From: Rickettsiales bacterium
GTDB taxonomy: Bacteria > Pseudomonadota > Alphaproteobacteria > Rickettsiales > UBA1997
DNA: 38,857 nucleotides
Assembly (NCBI GenBank): GCA_947503755.1
Contig: CANNFC010000002.1
Coordinates: forward strand, 1-38,857
Reading direction: 5' to 3'
The translations under genes were made by a program, and so were the position numbers. The notes under the pieces are model-generated. The model was not told the origin of the DNA and made no database searches. It saw nothing but the letters and a program-made list of their open reading frames with translations. Shown here piece by piece: positions 36,013 to 38,857 of this stretch (the first letter of the stretch is position 1; every line of letters starts with the position of its first letter).

Positions 36013-38424
36013 TTATGGTTTACACTCAGATCTACAGTATCTTTGATCTAACTGAACTACTTGACATTCGTTTAGTGTTTGATTCGGTTTTTTTACATAT
36101 TTTAACATCTTTTGACAGATCTCATTTCTTGCTGTATCTTCTGGTCTTAACTCTCTCATTGATAGCATAAGTTCTGATGGGCTTTGTTCATCTTTTTTAT
36201 GAATGCTTGGATCTGCACCTTTTTCTAGTAATAATATTGTTATTTCAAAATATTTTTTTCCATCTTCTACTGGAGCTTTACTTGATATTGGTTTTGATTC
36301 TACTTGAATTTTTAACATTTTATGAACTGCCAACATCAAGCTGGTGAGACCTTTTTTATCTCATAAATTAACATGAGGAGCAGGATTTTTTTCTAACAAT
36401 AATTTTACTATACTTGCAGAATCATTTAAACATGCTGCAATCAAAGCAAAAGAATCACCCATTTGGTTTTTTAAGTTAGCATCTGCTCCTTTTTCTAACA
36501 ATAGTTCTACTATATCTGAAAGATTAGCATGACATGCGATAAACAAAAGAGATTCACCTCTTATGTTTTGTAAGTTAAAATCTTCTGTTTTTTCTAACAA
36601 TAATTTAAAATAATCTAATTGTTTTGTAGCAATAGCATAAACAAAAAGAGGATAAAGATCTATTCCACTAGACTCTGTTCCCCTTGCTTCTTCTTGTAAA
36701 TATTTTTTTAAAAGATTAAAAGCATTTATATTGTCACTAGAAAATGCAGTACATAAATATTAAAACAATTCTGTTAGTTATATTTCTTTATTTTTATAAT
36801 ATTTCTCCAATTAATTTTTTTATATTTAAATCATCTGCATGGCCAATTATAGACAAAATAATAAGTTTACTTTTTATTGACATAATATTTCGATCTTCTT
36901 TGGGTATCAAAACATCTAATTCGTTAATAAAATTTTTGAACTTTGAATTTTGTGATATACAATCTAAAATAGCACTGATTTCTCCTAAACTTGGTTTTAA
37001 TGTAGAGTAAATTTTTTGAATAAATTTTTTCTGGTCAAATAAATTATGATAAATGCCATATTTTAACATTTTTTTAATATCATCTTTCGCTAATTCAAAT
37101 AAATCATTTTGTAAAGTTTGATTTTGTGAAACATCACATAAAATATCTAGTGCTAGTTTGGTATCGTTTGCTAAAATATTTTTGAATTTATTTTTAAAAA
37201 ATCCAGAAAAATCTTTTGGTTGTTTGCAGTTTTTTATTAAATTGTCAATTGTTGTTTGTTTGGTTTCTTGATTTTGGGACTGTTGCATCACTAATTTGTT
37301 TTAATTTTTTGCTAGTTTTGAGAAGAAATTTTGGCTATTTTTAGCCTCATATTAAGCATATTAGGCTAAAAATAGTTGAAATTTATACCAAAAATGGCAA
37401 ATAAAGTAAAATAAATTAGTGATGCAACAGTCCCATTTTGTATCTGTTCTAATAATTTTTCCACTTTCTGCTCTATTTGTTCATTTTGTTTAATTGCTTT
37501 TTCTGGCACTTCTGTTTCACCTGCATCTGCTGTTCCCGCTAATGCTGTAAATTGATTTGAAGTATTAGCTGGTTCAGCTGGTTTTGTTGATTTCAAAGAA
37601 GGTGAATTCTTTCTTGTTTTAACTGCCTTTTTAAAGCAATCTGAATTTTTGATTGTTTTAATAAAGTCATTTAATTCTGTAGGGTTGACTTTAAGATGCT
37701 ATTCAAAACCAGATAAGTGAGGGATGATTAAAAATCTATCGCCACAAAACATTGTTAATAAAGCATTTCTTTTGCTATCGTCTTTTTTTTGATGAGATGC
37801 TCCGTCGCACTCAATAACAAATTGGGTTATTTTTTTGGTTTGTGGATCGGTAATTGTTATCACAATATCACCAGTTCCAACGAGGTTTTTTATGTCATCT
37901 TTTTCATTAATTATAACACCTTCTTTTGCCACACTCACATAGCCAGATAATATTCCTGAAAAGTAATTCACTTTCAAGATGGCTATGTAAATCTCTCTGA
38001 AAATCGGTTATTGTTGCCGTTTGTTGTAATATTGATTTTGCAAATTCTTGCAATTCATCTGATTGAAAAAAACCTTCATATTTGCTTATTATTTTTTTAA
38101 TTTCTTTGGCAGTCTCGATTTTTAATAATTGAAGTGCGATAGAATCTTTATAAATACTATTTTGATAATAAAAGATGGTTTAATTTTTTTAGATAAAGAG
38201 GCAGTAATTTATCATCGCTTTCTGTTGTTGTTCTATCTTTCTTTAATATAGCTAAAACTTTTTCTAAAAATATTTGTTCAGATGTTTTTTGACCTGAATT
38301 TAGTGCTCTTAGTTCGTCGATAAAATTGATAGGCATTTTCATTAAAATTGATTAAAAATATATATCATTCCTACTGCTTTTATTAATGTGTGGCTTGATA
38401 GCATTAAGCGGTTCTCGATGCACA
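36013..38424 (-). pseudogene. Decayed RAP/DUF559-like plus ankyrin-repeat gene
   Basis: Collinear fragments joined across in-frame stops (TAA 38352, TAG 37699, TGA 36361), frameshifts (~38170, ~37960, ~36790) and a MITE. Motifs TITDFQRDL...DIVI...VIECDGASH, and ankyrin repeats (GESLLFIAC...IVELLLEKGADAN; LLLEKGADPS). Confidence 0.82.
37276..37434. mobile_element. MITE copy 2 (159 bp, inverted relative to copy 1)
   Basis: Perfect 22-bp TIRs gggactgttgcatcactaattt / aaattagtgatgcaacagtccc; 5-bp direct repeat atttt at 37271-37275 and 37435-37439; removing it restores the frame EQIQN-QETKQ. Confidence 0.95.
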
Positions 38425-38649
38425 ATTCCTCTTCTACAAGAAGGGGTGCCCGCGGATAAGCTGGGCGGGGTAGTGTCGGCAAGTAGATCTCGGATATTCC
38501 CCTTCTTGTAGAAGGGGTGGACGCGATAGCGGACGGGGTAGTGTCGGCAAGTAGATCTCGTATTCCCTCGAAAAAACATCGGCCGAAAATCGGCTCCTAA
38601 CACTACCCCGTCGACCTTGCGGTCTCCACCCCTTCTAAAAAAGGGGAAT
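38425..38649. repeat. Cluster of three GC-rich REP-like units (two direct, one inverted)
   Basis: attccYcttct..agaaggggtg...cggggtagtgtcggcaagtagatctcg at 38425-38492 and 38496-38560; inverted copy at 38600-38649. Confidence 0.88.
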
Positions 38650-38654
38650 TTTGC

Positions 38655-38713
38655 ACCGCATTCGATCTGAATTCCTGCACTAAAAGCAGCGGGAATTTAG
38701 ATCGAAGTGCGGT
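38655..38713. repeat. Imperfect long hairpin (second REP-like type)
   Basis: accgcattcgatctgaattcc...gggaatttagatcgaagtgcggt; shares atttagatcgaa with 25992-26003. Confidence 0.7.
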
Positions 38714-38857
38714 ATTTATTTGTGGAAATGATATAAAATATCTGCAACAAAACTGCTCATAATTTGGGTTATTTAAGTTTTATAAGTTTTATATAGCGAT
38801 AATTTTGGTTGTTTTTTGGGTAAATCGGCTGATTATTTTCATCTGTTCTGTTTTCAA

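Noticed and set aside
36013-38424. Stop-codon recoding or programmed readthrough
   Set aside because: The interruptions mix TAA, TAG and TGA with frameshifts and a MITE, and housekeeping genes read normally in the standard code; decay is the simpler explanation.
38352-38603. 83-aa minus-strand ORF
   Set aside because: It mostly reads through the GC-rich REP units; only its last ~24 codons plausibly belong to the pseudogene.

Overview
AT-rich bacterial chromosomal segment, most consistent with a metabolically fairly complete Rickettsiales-like alphaproteobacterium: it has a degenerate VirB4 paralogue of the RvhB4-II type, ffs upstream of dnaX, lpxK/lpxL, purB and cimA. The main feature is absent from the supplied ORF track. 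A single minus-strand ORF starts at ATG 8063 and stays open to the left edge of the window (at least 2687 codons). It encodes a giant protein with a type IV prepilin-like N-terminus (KKG|FSLLD), at least 15 four-cysteine modules, a PA14 domain and five LamG-like domains. Two of these domains appear to be nested inside other domains. The middle of the window (8370-35591) is housekeeping genes in scrambled order: purB, cfa-like, fmt, bolA, PEGA lipoprotein, lpxL, lpxK, tRNA-Leu, tyrS, pfkB kinase, murF, mraY, gltA, virB4-like, GH19 hydrolase, rlmH, lipB, crcB, dnaX, SRP RNA, pepA, murA, secA, cimA. Intergenic DNA carries a ~160-bp MITE family (two full copies with TIRs and 5-bp TSDs, plus one fragment), a 32-bp tandem array, GC-rich REP-like clusters and long palindromes. 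The right end holds a decayed RAP/DUF559-like plus ankyrin pseudogene that is interrupted by one of the MITEs. All calls come from manual reading and motif recall; no database searches were run.
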